Part shown: piece after piece, positions 25,541 through 40,517 of the stretch
How positions within the stretch are numbered: position 1 is the stretch's first letter
How the letters are laid out: every line of letters begins with the position of its first letter
Source of the DNA: Octopus sinensis
Lineage: Eukaryota
DNA: 64,000 bases
Direction of reading: 5' to 3'
Assembly: GCF_006345805.1 (NCBI RefSeq)
Contig: NC_042997.1
Span: 67,642,001-67,706,000, forward strand
Notes under the pieces: model-generated
What the model was told of the DNA's origin: nothing
What the model saw: the letters and a program-made list of their open reading frames with translations, nothing else
The model's database searches: none
Made by a program: the position numbers and the translations under genes

Positions 25541-25836
25541 CAATGGTAGACTGGGTCTAAAAATATTGGTTGCCAGGAGACTAAGGGGGCCCACCCACAA
25601 CTACAATGCTATCATTTAATTTTTTTTTTTGTGAAAAGTATTCTTTTCAACTGTCTACAAACACAGCCAGGCTAAACTAATTAATGCATTCTTCCAGGAG
25701 TGAATAAAAAATTCTCAAACTTGAGGGGATGAGCCCCTTAGATACTGACATAGCCCCCCCCCCCATATATGGATTCTAATGGCGCAGGGTCCCACTTGCC
25801 ATCAGGCAAGCTGGCAACCTGGCCAGTCCACCACTG
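25541..25836. mobile_element. MITE (related 5' end at 11030)
   Basis: TIRs CAATGGTAGACTGG / CCAGTCCACCACTG with TA flanks; the first 80 bp match 11030-11110. Confidence 0.7.
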
Positions 25837-26105
25837 TATGTATATATATATATATAAACAACTTATACCTTTAAAGTTGTTTATAAATTTAACCTTTAAA
25901 GGTAATTTTTAATATGCTGGCCATTGATAACATTTTTTTTGAAAATTTTATCCTATATTAGATGTAAATTTATATATATATATATAATGTGTGTGTGTTC
26001 CAATCCTTCCTAGCACATGAAAAGCAGATGTTAAAATGATGTTGATGATGTTTCTTCACTTCCAAATTCTTTTACTTTTTTTCCTATGATATGTTGTTAT
26101 TCTAG

Positions 26106-26192
26106 CATGGTGTGAAAACTGGTAATGTAAAAATGGAAGAAATGAAAAACAAAATTGAAAATATTGTTAATAAACTTGGGATTCCTATACAG
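26106..26192 (+). CDS. PNKP: PNKP coding exon 6
   Basis: HGVKTGNVKMEEMKNKIENIVNKLGIPIQ; tctag| and |gtaaat. Confidence 0.95.
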
Positions 26193-27025
26193 GTAAATCT
26201 TGTTGACATGTTTATTCTTGTTTTTATATAACTCAAGTGAAGTAAAGATACCTGCACTGGAATGAATAGATATTGAAAATAAAGTTTAGATGGAATCTAA
26301 CAGCTTAGATAGGACCTTTGACTAATGAAATGAAGGAGAGTGAATATGTACAGCTATATTGTGGAGGGGACATTGGGATATACTAGGTTTCCTTTTATGA
26401 GCTTCAGTCTATGGCTGATGATGCAGTTATTTATTCTTTTGCATCAGATGTAGCCAAATTTCTAATTTCTTCAGATTTAAAACTTGCTTAGTTACCTACT
26501 CACTTAATATGTATTATATAGTTTACATGTTGTTATACATAAAATACTGGAATAATGCAAAATTATGTTGACATTCTTTATAAATGGGAGAGAGATAGAT
26601 AGAGAATAAGAGAAAGTGAGGGAGAGTCTGAGAGAAAGGAAGGGAAAGTGAGAGAGAAAGGAGAGAAACAAAGATGGAGAATGTGGCAATAAGAAACAAA
26701 GGAAGCTACAGAAAGTAACAACCACACCCTCACCCGTGCGTAGAGTGGGTCACCTTAAGCTAGTCATATTGATAAAAACCATTTTGGAATAAGAACTAAC
26801 ATGTAGAACTAAGATAGATGGCAGATCAGTTGAAAATTGGAGCAAATGCTTTACTGTTATTAGATTTATACTGCACTTTTCCGAGTTCTTTGATTGATTT
26901 TGTCTTTCATCCTTTTGTGTGTAATGAGAATATTAGTATCAGTAATATACTAGGATTAATATGATTGTTGGTAGTACTACTTTGCTGAATTTCTTTATGT
27001 TATATTATATTTCTCATGTTTACAG

Positions 27026-27097
27026 GTCTTTGTTGCAACTGGTACTGGTGTATTCCGCAAGCCAGTAAATGGAATGTGGATGTATTTACAAGATAAG
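27026..27097 (+). CDS. PNKP: PNKP coding exon 7
   Basis: VFVATGTGVFRKPVNGMWMYLQDK (RKP..GMW motif); tacag| and |gtgagg. Confidence 0.96.
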
Positions 27098-28392
27098 GTG
27101 AGGATATTGCATATCCTGAATGCTTAAAATAACCCTACAAACCCTGTTGTTTCTATTTATTGTAAAACTTAAGGCACTTTCAATTTGCTCAACTGAAATA
27201 GGTATTTTACATGTCATAGTGGAAGGGGTAGCAGTAGTAAAAGTAATTGCTTCAAAAGCAAGCTAACACCCTGCCCAAATTTTCTCCCATTTCCCTAGAA
27301 ATTGTTCCATTAAAAAATTTTTTTATTTATAACTATTTGTCCATGTTGGTACAGGCTGGATGTTTTGTAAATTTAAGCATTTTTGTTGCTAGAACTGGTG
27401 TTTTACACTTGGATGCAACCTCTGTTGTTAATCACCTAACTCAAAGATAGAATGGAATATAAAGTAGGGAAAAAGCACAACAACTGCAGAAGGTTTGAAC
27501 TTATGACCATGTATTTACTGGTCAAGCATCATAATCTTATATAGATTGTTCTTCATTATGGAAATATATTAACATTTAAATCAAACCATTCCATGTATTG
27601 TTGCATGAAAATATAGGATCCATTGCAGATTCAGTGAATATTATTATATATCTCTCATCTTTTCTTAGAAATCAAATATGAAACCAGAAATTTTTTTTCT
27701 AAAATTTAAATGCTAAAAATGTTTGGAAAATGTTTTCTAGATATTCTTATTTAAATTCTGCAGAATATCACTAATAATTTATTGCTGTACCCCCCAATGT
27801 TTAATGACATCTAACTGAAATACATGGTTCGAACCACTCAGGTATAATGGTATATTCGTAATATAATATTTCTGATAAGATATATAAACTAACAATGGCA
27901 ACCAAACTAAAAGGCAATGTTTGCTGAGAACTTTTGGGGTTATATCTTGAGTTTCATTATATATATGTATAATATAAATAATATATAAATATATGCATAT
28001 ATACATACATATATGTACATACCTACATATATATGTATATATACATGCATATATGAGTACAGGACATCAAAAAAAAAACGTTGAACACAATAGGAAACGA
28101 AAACATAAAAACAAAAACATTGAAAACGAACTTTTTTTCAAACAACGAAAAAAGACAAACAGAGAAACGAGACATGTAACATAAAGAATATTCCCCTTCA
28201 TCAGTTGTCCCTGTGTTAAGATCTAGACTGCAGTAAATGCAGTTTCGGTCATGGAGTGAATTTATTCAAATATTATTTTAATTATAAAGGGTAAAATCAA
28301 TAATAATTTTACCAGGTAGCCAGTGTAGAAATAAAAACCTTATAGGTAAATTTTACAAAATATTTTATAATTATATACATAATTATAACAAT

Positions 28393-28468
<76 letters not shown>

Positions 28469-28780
28469 GCACATATATATATTCAAATGTTAAAGACTTC
28501 TTTCAATTTTCCTGAGCATCTTTGTCTTTTTATCTCATCTTCATTTAAAAAAAAATTTTGTACCATATATAAATGCAGGTGTGCCTGTGCAATAAGAAGC
28601 TTATGTCCTAATGACATAGTTCCATGTTCAGTCCCGCTGCTTGACACCTTGGGCAGGTGTCTTCTGCTATACCTTTGGGCCAACCAAAGCGTTGTGAGTG
28701 GATTTTGTAGACGGAAACTGAAAGAAGTTCATTGTATATATGTGTGTGTGAGTGTCTATATATATATATATACATATATA

Positions 28781-29665
28781 CAGTGTGCAATGGGTAAATT
28801 GTTGCCATTTTATATTTTTAATTTCATGCATGTGCATTGTTTTAGATTTTGTCAACTACACAGTATAGTAGGGTCAGTTGGGCACCATCTGTGAGAAAAA
28901 CAGCATTATCATGCAATTCACTCTGACAGAAATTTGGAAATGACATGCTGTACTGCTTGGTATTCATGCCAGAAGCTCCAATATGAAGTGCTGGAAGCTC
29001 CAATACGAACATGTACCAATATGAACATGTACCGAGAGTGATAAAAATGAAACACCCAGTCAACATCATAATGTTTGGAGTGCTGACTAGTGAAGGCAAT
29101 GTTATGCCAACATTATGCCTCCATTCATCTTCCCACATGGCCTCAGGCTCAACACGTAGGCCTACATCAAGTGCTTGGAATAAGTAGTGCTGCCCTGGGT
29201 CAAGAGAGTGGCTACTGGAAGACCCCGTGTCTGGCAACAGGACTCTGCAGCATGCTGCACAAGTAGGAGGACCCAGTCATGGTTGTCAGATAATTTCTGT
29301 GACCACATTACCCCTAACATCTGGCCATTTAACTCCCCAGACTGCAACCCTCTTGATTATAATATGTTGGGCACAGTTGAGCGAGAGACCAACAAAACTC
29401 CTTGTACTGCCAAAGATGAACTGAAGGCAAGGATTATGGCAGCATTGACCAACTTAAACAAGGAGACCGTCTAGAAGAATCACAGGAGATTCCAAAGTCA
29501 TCTGGGGGCCGTGGTTGAAGCCAGTGGCGATTTTATTGAATAAATTTACTCTTTAGTATTTCAGGATATTTTTGTGTAATTTTGGTAAATATATCTGTTA
29601 AAATGAAATGTCAGTGTTATTTTCATTTTTATGTAACTTAGACGACAGTTTATTTACGCACCTTG
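28781..29665 (+). mobile_element. Non-autonomous DD37D/Tc1-like element (colinear copy)
   Basis: TA-CAGTGTGCAATGGGTAAATTG 5' TIR; WQQDSAACCTS and IWPFNSPDCNPLDYNMLG in ORF 29187-29474. Confidence 0.8.
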
Positions 29666-30080
29666 TGTGTGTGTGTGTGTGTATATGTGCGTGTATGTGT
29701 CTTTGTGTCTGTGTTTGTCATCCCCACTGCCACTTGACAACCAGTGCTGGTGTGTTTATGTCCCCATAACCTAGTGGTTCAGCCAGAGAGACCAATAGAA
29801 TAAGTATCATACTTTAAAAAAATAAGTACTGGGGTTGATACATTCTACTAAAAATTCAAGGCAGTGCCCCAACTTGGCTGCAGTCTGATGACTGAAATAA
29901 GTAAAAATAAAAGATAAATTATATATATTACACCTGATTGGCTATAATCCTAAGTGAAATAAAACTATTCTTGACACATTTTCTTACTTTGAATTAATTT
30001 ACATTCTCTATGGTGTAGTTTATAGAGCTACATTTATGTACATTGTCAACTGATTTAATTATGTGTTTGTTATGTTATAG

Positions 30081-30129
30081 GAAAATGATAACATTACGAT
30101 TGATCATATGAAAAGTTTTTATGTTGGAG
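30081..30129 (+). CDS. PNKP: PNKP coding exon 8
   Basis: ENDNITIDHMKSFYVG(D); ttatag| and G|gttagt, phase 1. Confidence 0.94.
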
Positions 30130-31508
30130 GTTAGTTAATAATTTTCTTATTTTAACAATTTAAAAAAAAATTTCATTTGCATTTTTTTTGTAACAAATGC
30201 TCCTACATTTCCCTCAATAAAAGGATAGTGTGTGACGAAATTTCATATTAATAAAATTGCTAATTTTTGTTCTACTTTCTGGGCAAGAGGTCTTTTATCT
30301 GAAATTGTGTGTGAAAATTAAGACTTTTCTACTATAGTTACCAAACTGATGTGTTGAAATTATACCTCTTGTTTTTCAGCTAGACAAAGTGGGACTAAAT
30401 GAATACTTCGCTTCAAGAAAATCTCCCAATAGCCATCGGCTGTCTGCTCAGTGATGATGACTATATCATCATTTATCACCATGATTGTTTAAGTGCCCAT
30501 TTTTCCCATGGTTATGCCCCCACCCTGTCTTCCAGCCAAGAGGTCTTTGTCCTGCAAGTGCAGTGTCATGTAAAATGCACTCATTCTAGTGCCATGTAAA
30601 CTGCACTTGTGCTGGTGTCATGTTAAATGCACTCATACTGGTACCTCATGCAATGCACTTGTGCTGGTGCCATGTAAGGGTACCTGTGGCAGTAGCATGT
30701 GAAAAGCACCCAGCACACTCTGTAAAGTGGTTGACATTAGGAAGGGCATCCAGCAGTAGAAACCATGTCAAAACAAACAATTGGAGTCTGGTCGGCTTTC
30801 CAGCTGGCCAGCTCCTGTTGAACTGTCCAACCCATGCCAGCATAGAAAACAGATGTTAAATGATGATGATGATCCATTTTTCCATACTAGCATAGATTAG
30901 ATGGGTTTGCATATTGCTCCCACCTGACTTATGTTGCAAGTTATTAAACAAACTATGCAAGATTTAAAATTCTGTTATCATTTAAAAAAATTTTTCATTG
31001 TGGACAAAAATATTAATTCTAGAAGTAAATGACATTTCTTGTTTGACAGAAATAGCTACTTTGTTTAACCCTCTAGCATTTAAAATGGCCATATCTGGCA
31101 CAAAATATTCTACCTGTTAGTAGAAAGTAATAATGGCTTTAATTAATTTGCAGAATTTAAGCAAAAACAAGCTGTGAGTGTGTGTGTGTGTGTGTGTGTG
31201 TATACACACACATAGTTCACAGAAATTACCCATATAGATGACACTTAGTAGTGCTCAAAAGATTCAAACTTAGACACCAATGCGTTTACAGGCGATCAAT
31301 TCCACAAGGTAAAGAAAGGCTATAAGAGGGATGAAGTTGAGTGGATATAGAGGCAATTATGTGGATAAAAATTCGACATTAAATATATTAATATAATATC
31401 ATAGTTTGGGTATGAAATACAAGACATGTATATACATATATACATATTTTGTATTTTATACCCAAACTGTTATATTTAATATGTCTAATTATTTATCTGC
31501 ATAATTGC

Positions 31509-31550
<42 letters not shown>

Positions 31551-33487
31551 GTGCATGGCCTAAGTAATTAAGGTTTTGCCCTCTTAATTGCTGGATTAAT
31601 TTTTACTAGGACTGGTTTGTGCATTGTGTCCTTGAGCAACATTCCATTTCATTTCTTGCTCCATCCCTCTCAGCGTAAAAGAGTAATCTTGCAACTGATC
31701 AACGTCCCATTCAAAGGGAATGTTGTGATGTCAAGAAACTGGGTAACTGGCACTTTGAGTGCAAGGGTTCAAGACAAATGTTCAGGTATTGATTTGATAA
31801 GTATCCTGCACGAAACTTGGCCTTGAGTCACGTTTTAACTTCTGCCTATTCAAAATAAGAAAAATAATGTATATGTAAGTATTAGCTGTGAACTATTAAA
31901 ACAAATTTTTTTTATAGTTAAGATATAACTTGGACAGCAATTTCGTTACAGCTGAAGTAGATGACCTTTGAAAGGGAAGTAACTATTCTCCATGCGCTAG
32001 TAATTTGAAAAAGCTATCATATCCAAGTGGAGATAATTCACAACAGAATTGAATTTCCCAAGTCCAATAGACTTGGCGAATATGCTATTTCTCATAACGA
32101 AATTTCATTTCACAAATTATCGAATTGTCAGCTTTCAAGTGGTAGTATAATCACTTAGTCACTCAAAATATTGATGATAAGTTTACTGGAAAAGAGATTA
32201 ATTAAGCAGAATGTCGCTGTAAACGTGTTTGTAATTTCTAATTGGCTTATAGGCATAGGCATGGTTTGCTGGTTAAGATCATTTTGCAACCATGTAGTTT
32301 CAGATTCAGTCCCACGGCATGGCACTCCACGTTGATTAATGCCGTTTGACTGAATTTAGTAGATGGCAGTTGTAAACGGTCTGTCTTATAAAATTCCGTC
32401 TGACCCTTGTGAGCATGGAACAGGGAATAGTGGACATTAGAATGATGATGATATCACAGAGAGAGAGAGAGAGGTGTATATGTGTGTGAATGTTGTTATC
32501 CAACAGCTGTCCTTGAGTGAAATGGGGATATGATGTCTAAATTTCTTGTTGACATTATGACTGTTGCTCTGCACTTTTGAAGACCTGTGGAATAAAATTC
32601 CCCTACATGAAACATTTTAATGTTGGCAATAAGAAGAGCATCTATTTGTAAAATACTGCCTGAAATACATTCCCATTCAATCCATATGCTTGCATAGATA
32701 AATGGGCCTTAAATAAATGAGTGTATATGATATTGCTGTTTTGCATTGATTTTCCATATTAGCATGTGTCAGAAATGTTTTGTTACATTCAGTATTTTTG
32801 TTGGTAAATGACTAATTATATAAATATCTTGAGGCATAAAATTAAACAGATATCTTGAGGCGTAAAAAATGGCCCTACTTTTAATGTGGTCAGTACCTAG
32901 GCCATATATGCAATTAGCAGTTCATTTCATTTACTAGACTCCTATAGAGACTCTTTGTATTTTTTATATGTAAATATAATACAGAATGATATTATATAGT
33001 GCAGTGTATAAAGAATTGCCAATTTTACAGTGATTGTTCTACATATTGCAGTAAATTTTGCTTTCTCATAGTATCTATTGACAGATGGGTAGATTGGATC
33101 ATTGATAGCAGATTTAACCAAGGATTGCATAGAACAGGATGTATGGGGTGTCAGTGTTTGGTGTATATACTAGGAACTCAGAAGAGCCAGCTCACTCTAC
33201 CATCTTTAAGAAATTAACATATTGTATAATGCAGTCTCTGATATACAGAAAGTGTGGAGCGGTAATAGCTTGACCACCACTTGATCGTAGGTTATCTACA
33301 CAATCAGTGCTAACCTGGGACTAATCAACAATTATTTGCTAACACTCAATAGGTTGTCTACATAGTATTCTTGTTTTGTCCATCAGAATTACTTCATTTA
33401 TTCAAACTGATTTAAAAATTGCTGACAAAGAAGAACAAAAAAAAAAAGCATTTATTAGGGTTAACTATTTTCTATTTTGCTCTTTAG

Positions 33488-33555
33488 ATGCTGCTGGACG
33501 ACCTGATCATTGGAAGCCTGGGAAAAAGAAAGATTTTTCCTGTTCTGATCGATTG
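33488..33555 (+). CDS. PNKP: PNKP coding exon 9
   Basis: (D)AAGRPDHWKPGKKKDFSCSDRL; tttag| and |gtgagt. Confidence 0.97.
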
Positions 33556-35592
33556 GTGAGTTATAGTTAATTATTTTATTCCTACAACCTAGCATACATT
33601 ATCTTTTCTGAGTGCTTTATGGCAGGATTGAACACAGAACCACATGATTAAAAATGAACTTTTTGATCAAACAGCTATGTCTGCACCTATTCATCTACTG
33701 GATTAAGTCTGGAACCATGCGATTGTAAACATGGTTATTCGTGAATCTGTGTGTGTGTAGTATAAAAGTACATCCAGCTGTCACTTGCAAGCAGATAGGG
33801 CTTGGTAGCATGTACCATGCATATTTTTCTGTTGAACTGCTATTGGTAATGAAATTTTTGCAATAGGAATAAATATTACCAAAATTATTTTTCCAGTTTT
33901 CTGTTTGATATATGTGTATCTGTGTGTGTATGTGTGAACATGATGATATATATATCATCGTCATCATTTAACATCCACCTCCCATGCTGGCATGGGTTGG
34001 ATAGTTTGACACAAGCTGGCCAGGAAGAAGACTACATCAGGTTACTGTGTCTGTTTTGGCATGGTTTTTATGACTGGATGCCCTTCCTAACACCAACCAC
34101 CTCGCAGAGTGGACCGAATGCTTTTTACGTGGCACCAGCACATGCGAGGTCAGTTTTGGCATGGTATTTATAGCTAGATGCCTATCCAAATGCCAACCGC
34201 TTCACAATTTGGACTGGATGTCTTTTATGTGGCACCAGCACTGGCAGGGTCACCAAGTAACTTGCAAGACAAGAAATATTGAGAGAGGAAGGAGCATTAG
34301 AGGAGGTGATCTTGTGTCAGATGATGAAAGGTTAGAGTGTGTCAGAAACAGAAACAGGTGTTTTGCTACAGAGGAGATACATGGTTACCTAACCAGAGAG
34401 AGAGAGAGAGAGAGAGACCTAATGAGAAAGAGGACAGAAACAGGTGTGCTGATGTAAAGGAGATACTTGGTTACCTAGCCATAGAGAAGAGCAACAGAGG
34501 GAAAGAGAAAGTGATTAAGAATGAGGAGGCCTGACTCATCGTTATTGGTTTGCAGCTTCAGTTCCCGGACTGGGCAGCACATTGTGTTCTTTGAACAAAC
34601 CACTCCACACAACTGTAAATGAGTGCCAGCCACTGCTTGTGCAACTGTCACATTCTGGATACTTCAGTGGGTCAAATGTGAGAAAGACCAAGAAAGTGTC
34701 TACATCAACCTGCAACTACATAAACACTTAAAACAATTACATTACACAATTACACTTATTTCTTTATTGCCCACAAGGGGCTAAACATAGAGGGGACAAA
34801 CAAGGACAGACAAAAGGATTAAGTCGATTACATTGACCCCAGTGCATAACTGGTTCTTAATTTATCAACCCCGAAAGGATGAAAGGCAAAGTTGACCTTG
34901 GTGGAATTTGAACTCAAGACATAACGGCAGACGAAATACCGCTAGGCATTTTGCCCAGCGTGCTAACACTTAAAGCCACTTCATGGTTTCGTTTAATGGT
35001 AATGTTTTCTAGTGTTTAGAGTTAATGTTATGCCAAGATAATTTGCTATGGTTAAGTTCATATATATGGATGATTTTAGGTCAGACTCTTTGAAAGTATT
35101 TATTAGGTTTTTTCTAAATTTATCTTATTTATCTTCATCTGTAATTTGGGAGATGTTTAGTCTGTTGTCCCTGTATAGACACAAATGGATTTCTTGGATA
35201 TTTTACTTATTTCTCCAAGGATATATTGAAGAGGCTATCATTTTCTGTGTGTTTATTTTTATTTTATTTTATACCCAGGATAAGTTTTCTGGAATAGGAG
35301 GGACATTCTTGCATGCATAATTATGTTCATTTTTTTTGTTTGTTTACTGATGGAAATGAATCTTTTAGCAAAATCTAGAGTTAGATTTTTTTTAAAGAAT
35401 AATGTCTTTGACAATTGCTAATTAATAGGTAACTCAACATAAATACCTGCATTTAGAATATTAAGAATGACTTTGAAATAATCTCTTATATCAACATCTA
35501 TATAGATTCATATCTGTTTTGTGCTATGGTATTGTTGTATCATTAACATATTGTATATCAAGTACTGACATTTTTCATTTGATCTTTATCAG

Positions 35593-35685
35593 TTTGCCAT
35601 TAATATCAATGTAAAGTTTTATACACCAGAAGAATATTTTTTATCAGCAGAAGTTGCACCTTTCAATATGCCTGATTTTGACCCA
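35593..35685 (+). CDS. PNKP: PNKP coding exon 10
   Basis: FAININVKFYTPEEYFLSAEVAPFNMPDFDP; atcag| and |gtaagt. Confidence 0.96.
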
Positions 35686-36515
35686 GTAAGTACTTTTTCC
35701 TAAACCATTTCTTTTTTCTTTGTTTATTTTTCTTATTCTTTAAAACAAAAATATTCTTCCCTAAATCTATGGTTTCTTTTATTATTAACTAAAATGAAAA
35801 ATAAATGTATTGTTAAGAATTTCAATTAGCAGCTATATGGGTTTTGTGTTCAGTCCTGCTCCACAGCACTTTGGGCAAGTGTCCTCTACAAGAACAATAG
35901 GTTGGCCAATGCTTTGGGAGTGGATTTGGTAGACAGAAACTATGGTTTGGCACAAGGCCAGCAATTTCAGAGGAGGGTGTAAGTCAAGTACATCAACCCC
36001 AGTACTCATCTGGTACTTATTTTATTGACCCCCGAAAGGATAAAAGGCAAAATCAGCCTTGGTAGAATTTGAACTCAGAATGTAAAAATGGATGAAATGC
36101 TGCCAAGTATTCTTTTCCATGCTTGTATAAACTAGTCAGACTCTTTGAGGTAGATATTCTATGGCTAGATATCCTTCCTGCTGTTTAACCTCACTTGTTT
36201 CCAAGAATGTTTTCACTGAAGATTGGAAATGAATAACTTGGTTGATGAATTATTGCTTAATGTCAAGACATGAATGCACACACATGCACAAACTCACACA
36301 CATGCATACACATGTACAAACTCACACACATGCACACACACACCACTCTCACCCACCCACAGTTTCAGTTTCTGTCTACCAACTCTATTTTCTCAAGGCA
36401 CAACACAGTAGGACTGTATCTGAAACCATGTTCTTAAGAAGTGAACTTCTTAACCATATAGCCATGCTTGTGCTCATACACACACACACACACTCACACA
36501 CACACACACATATTT

Positions 36516-37752
36516 TGGGTTGTCCAGAAAGTTTGTGCTGATTTATAGTAGCTTACCTTTCGACTTATTTTAGAACATGGTTGAGTCCATGAAATAGGAT
36601 TTGACTACATCTCCATTTAGAGCACAGTTTAAGCTATCTTTTCGTGGAAGAAGGTTTATGTTCCTATAACCTGTGTTAATTCTGTAACCTTTTAAAATGG
36701 AAGATAAGAAAGATCATTTTCGGCACTTGATGCTTTTCTTTTTCCGTAAAGGGAAAAATACCTCACATGCAACCAAAGAAATATGCTCAGTTTATAGTGA
36801 TGTTTCTTTATCCGAAAGAACTGTACGGGAATGGTTCGCAAGGTTCCGAGCTAGAGATTGTAGCCTTATTGATAAAGAACGATCAGGCAGACCATCCACT
36901 TATGAAGTCATTAATTAAGAATTACCCACATTGCATAACCCGAGAATTGGCAGAAAGCCTCAACCTATCAAAATCCGTCTTTCATGAGCCCCTTTTAAGG
37001 CTTGGGTACATAAATCGCTACGATGTATGGGTACCATATGAGTTGAGTGAGAAGAACTTTTTGGATTTCCATCTGTGATTCACTTTATAAATGGAATGAA
37101 AACATGCCTTTTTTTAAAGCAAATTGTGACAGGTGATGAGAAATGGATTATCTACCGAAATGTTCAGAGAAAGCGATCCTGGAGTAAGCGACATGAGCCA
37201 CCTTTAGCCACCCCAAAAGTGGGTCTTTACCCTAAAAAAGTCTTGCTTTATGTCTGGTGGGATTGGAAAGAAATTCTGTACTATGAGCTTCTCCCAAGTA
37301 ACCAGACAATTACTTCTGAGAAATACTGCACACAACTGGGCGAGTTAAAAGCAGCAATTCAAGAGAAATGTCCAGAATTGGCCAACAGGGTGTTGTTTTC
37401 CAACATGATAATGCGAGACTGCACGTTTCTTTGGGAACCAGACAAAAATTACTGTAGCTTGGCTGGGATGTGTTACCCCACTCTCCATATTCACCAGATA
37501 TTGCTCCTTCGGATTTCCACTTATTCAGGTTTCTTAATGGTAAAAATTTCAATTCCTTGGATGACGTAAAAAGATACCTTTGCCATGAAACCACCTCAAG
37601 TCTTGGAAGAGGGTATTTTCAAGTTAAAGGAAAGATGGAGACGCCTTGTGCAACAAAATGGTTCATATTTGATTGCTTAAAAATGTAATAGCAAGTATTT
37701 ATTGACTTTTTTCTTTCCTTTAAAAATCAGCATGAACTTTCTGGACAACCCA
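36516..37752 (+). mobile_element. mariner (DD34D) element, full length but frameshifted
   Basis: TIRs TGGGTTGTCCAGAAAGTT; HTH region ERSGRP, WVPYEL, IVTGDEKW, HDNAR, HSPYSPDIAPSDFHLF spread over several frames. Confidence 0.92.
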
Positions 37753-37762
37753 TATATTTATA

Positions 37763-37995
37763 CAGGGTTAGCCAAAAGTCATCTGACAGTAAATCAAAAT
37801 TCCATGAATACTTAATATTCAGTTTTATTTATTCATTTGGAAAAATGGTGTTGCTCAAGAAGGACTTCAGTTAGAACAATTTTCATGATGTTTCGTATTT
37901 AGATACTTTTATGAAATTCATTCAATTGTTAAACATAAATAAATCTTGGAATTAAATGGTTTTGATTTACTATCAGGTGACTTTTGGCCAACCTG
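37763..37995. mobile_element. Tc1/mariner-type MITE
   Basis: TA-flanked TIRs of about 33 bp: CAGGGTTAGCCAAAAGTCATCTGACAGTAAATC / GATTTACTATCAGGTGACTTTTGGCCAACCTG. Confidence 0.8.
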
Positions 37996-38077
37996 TATAT
38001 ATGTATATGATAGGCACAAGCATTTTTGTGTGGTAAGAGGTTTGCTTCCCAGCCATATGGCTCTGGGCTCTATCCAT

Positions 38078-38115
<38 letters not shown>

Positions 38116-39179
38116 GTTTGTATCCAAAATGGAGATGAACACCATTCCTCCATATGATTGGCTTGAAAAATTGTTAAAATATTAAGATATTTTCTTAACA
38201 TGAACCAATGGAAACCTTAATACACAAATAAAGAAATTTTACCCCCAATGTGGTGTTGAGCACTCTTTCTCATTGTTTGACAAACATTATCAATGTCATA
38301 TACTTCATGTTCGTGCATTGCTAATTGCTTTTATGCTGTAGTATTTTGTCTAGTCAAAGTCCTTTTAAAGATGCTCACTTCTGAAGTAATTTGTTTTGTT
38401 TAGCTTTGAAGTATACTGTGTTTTTTGATACTCTATTTCTTTAAACGTAACTTCTTGGGAGGAAATACAACAACCTAAAAGTGTTTAATAACACACATAC
38501 ATTAAGTATGTGAAGCTGATAATTATCGAGCTGCTTTTAACAAAAAAATTTGAATATGCACACACAGACACACACACACATGCATGCACACACACACACA
38601 CATGCATGCACACTCACACACAATTATATATAATTTTGAATATGCATATAATCTTGTACATATACTTGTATATATATTTATGTTATATACTCACACATGA
38701 TTATATATATGCATATATGTATACATGTATACACTCACACACATAAACACATGTATATATAATCATCATTTAATGTCTATTTTTCATGGTGGCATGGAAA
38801 GGATTGTGTGACAGGATCAAGTGAGCATAACGCTCAAGTGTTTGCATTAGCCTAGTTTCTGTGGATGGATACCCTTCATAATGTCAACCTCCATGCTACT
38901 GGCACAAATGAGGTCACTAAATAACTGGTGTACACACACATGTATATGCATATATGCATAATGCTCAGTTAAATTCTGATTTGAGACAAAACTACATGTT
39001 GATGGGATAAAATATTAAGTAACATCAATCAAACCTTGTTAGTTTTACCATAAGTAAAGGTATTTCTAAAGAAAGAGCAGACAACTAAAATTCACCATAT
39101 CTTACATGGAAACAATTATACATTTGAAAGAAGTTCATTTAACCGGATAATAATTTGTTACTTTTTATAAATTTTTCAG

Positions 39180-39245
39180 CGGAGAATTTTGGCATCCACG
39201 CCACTTACAAACCCACCTAAATCTTTAACAACCAAAAAGCAAGAG
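39180..39245 (+). CDS. PNKP: PNKP coding exon 11
   Basis: RRILASTPLTNPPKSLTTKKQE; ttttcag| and GAG|gtaaat; bridges the phosphatase to the kinase in phase 0. Confidence 0.88.
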
Positions 39246-40189
39246 GTAAATTGTTATGGCATTTATTTTACTTTACATCCTTCTGGTGTCAAAATAAATT
39301 TTATACCTTGTCAAACAATTGCTAATATCTGTAGACATTAACTAGATATTAAGAAATTATAATGGTCTTTTTTTGTACAAGAAAGATATTTTATAGAAGA
39401 AAGTATAATATTCATTGCTTGCATGGTTCTAAAAAGAATTAGTGATGTAAAAATTATGTAGCAACACCATATGGTGGAGTCATGGCAACTGTAAAAATGC
39501 AGAATTATTGGCGTAATGGGCATTCAAAAACGTATGTATGTATATAAATGTATGAATGAAGTCTTTAATGTTTTAGATTCAAATTAAGGAAGTGCAATGG
39601 TGTTTAGCAATTCAAGACTGAGTAGTGAAATGCAGAATTAGGTTGGCTGATGGTGAGAATCATATATTGATCGCTTCACTGAAATCTGTTGGTGGTATGG
39701 GTTATTTCCCTTGGGTTTAAATAAAATATTAGTAATATGTATTAGATAGAAGGATCCATCGGAAGGGCCCTATTATCGAGTTTTTTGAACAGTCGAAGTA
39801 TATCACAAGGTTTTCAGACATGAGTTCTATTGACATGTCAAATAAAGTATAAAAGTGATATTGTCTGCAAAAATTAGAAATAGAACACATAAAAAAAATC
39901 AATATTCGAAGTAATCAAACGTAAACAATGAAATGGGTTATTTCTTTTGAGTGTTTTGATAAAAATATTGTACAACTGCTATGGGTTATTTCCTTGGGTC
40001 TTCAAAAAAATAGTTATATGAGGTAGATATAAAGGTCTCTTCTAGGGGCCGTATTCTCGAGTTTTTCAACAATCTAAGTATGTCATGAGGTTTCCAGACA
40101 CGAGTTCTACTCACGTGTCAAGATTCATCAAAATCAATAAAACGATGTTGGAGGAGTTTGCTAACAACGCCAGAAACACATACCACATA

Positions 40190-40264
40190 TGTAGTATATA
40201 TATGTGTGTGTGTGTATATATGTGTATGTATATATATATGTATATACATACATATATATACTTG

Positions 40265-40327
<63 letters not shown>

Positions 40328-40417
40328 TCACACATATATAAACATATATATATATACATATATATATACACAGATACATACATATATATATATATACACA
40401 TATACATATATATATAT

Positions 40418-40452
<35 letters not shown>

Positions 40453-40475
40453 CATGCATACATATATATACACAC

Positions 40476-40517
<42 letters not shown>

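Noticed and set aside
28190-28215. CTGATGA hammerhead half-core on the minus strand (also near 50105-50150)
   Set aside because: No closing stem II, GAAA or stem III in a workable arrangement; probably truncated PLE terminal fragments
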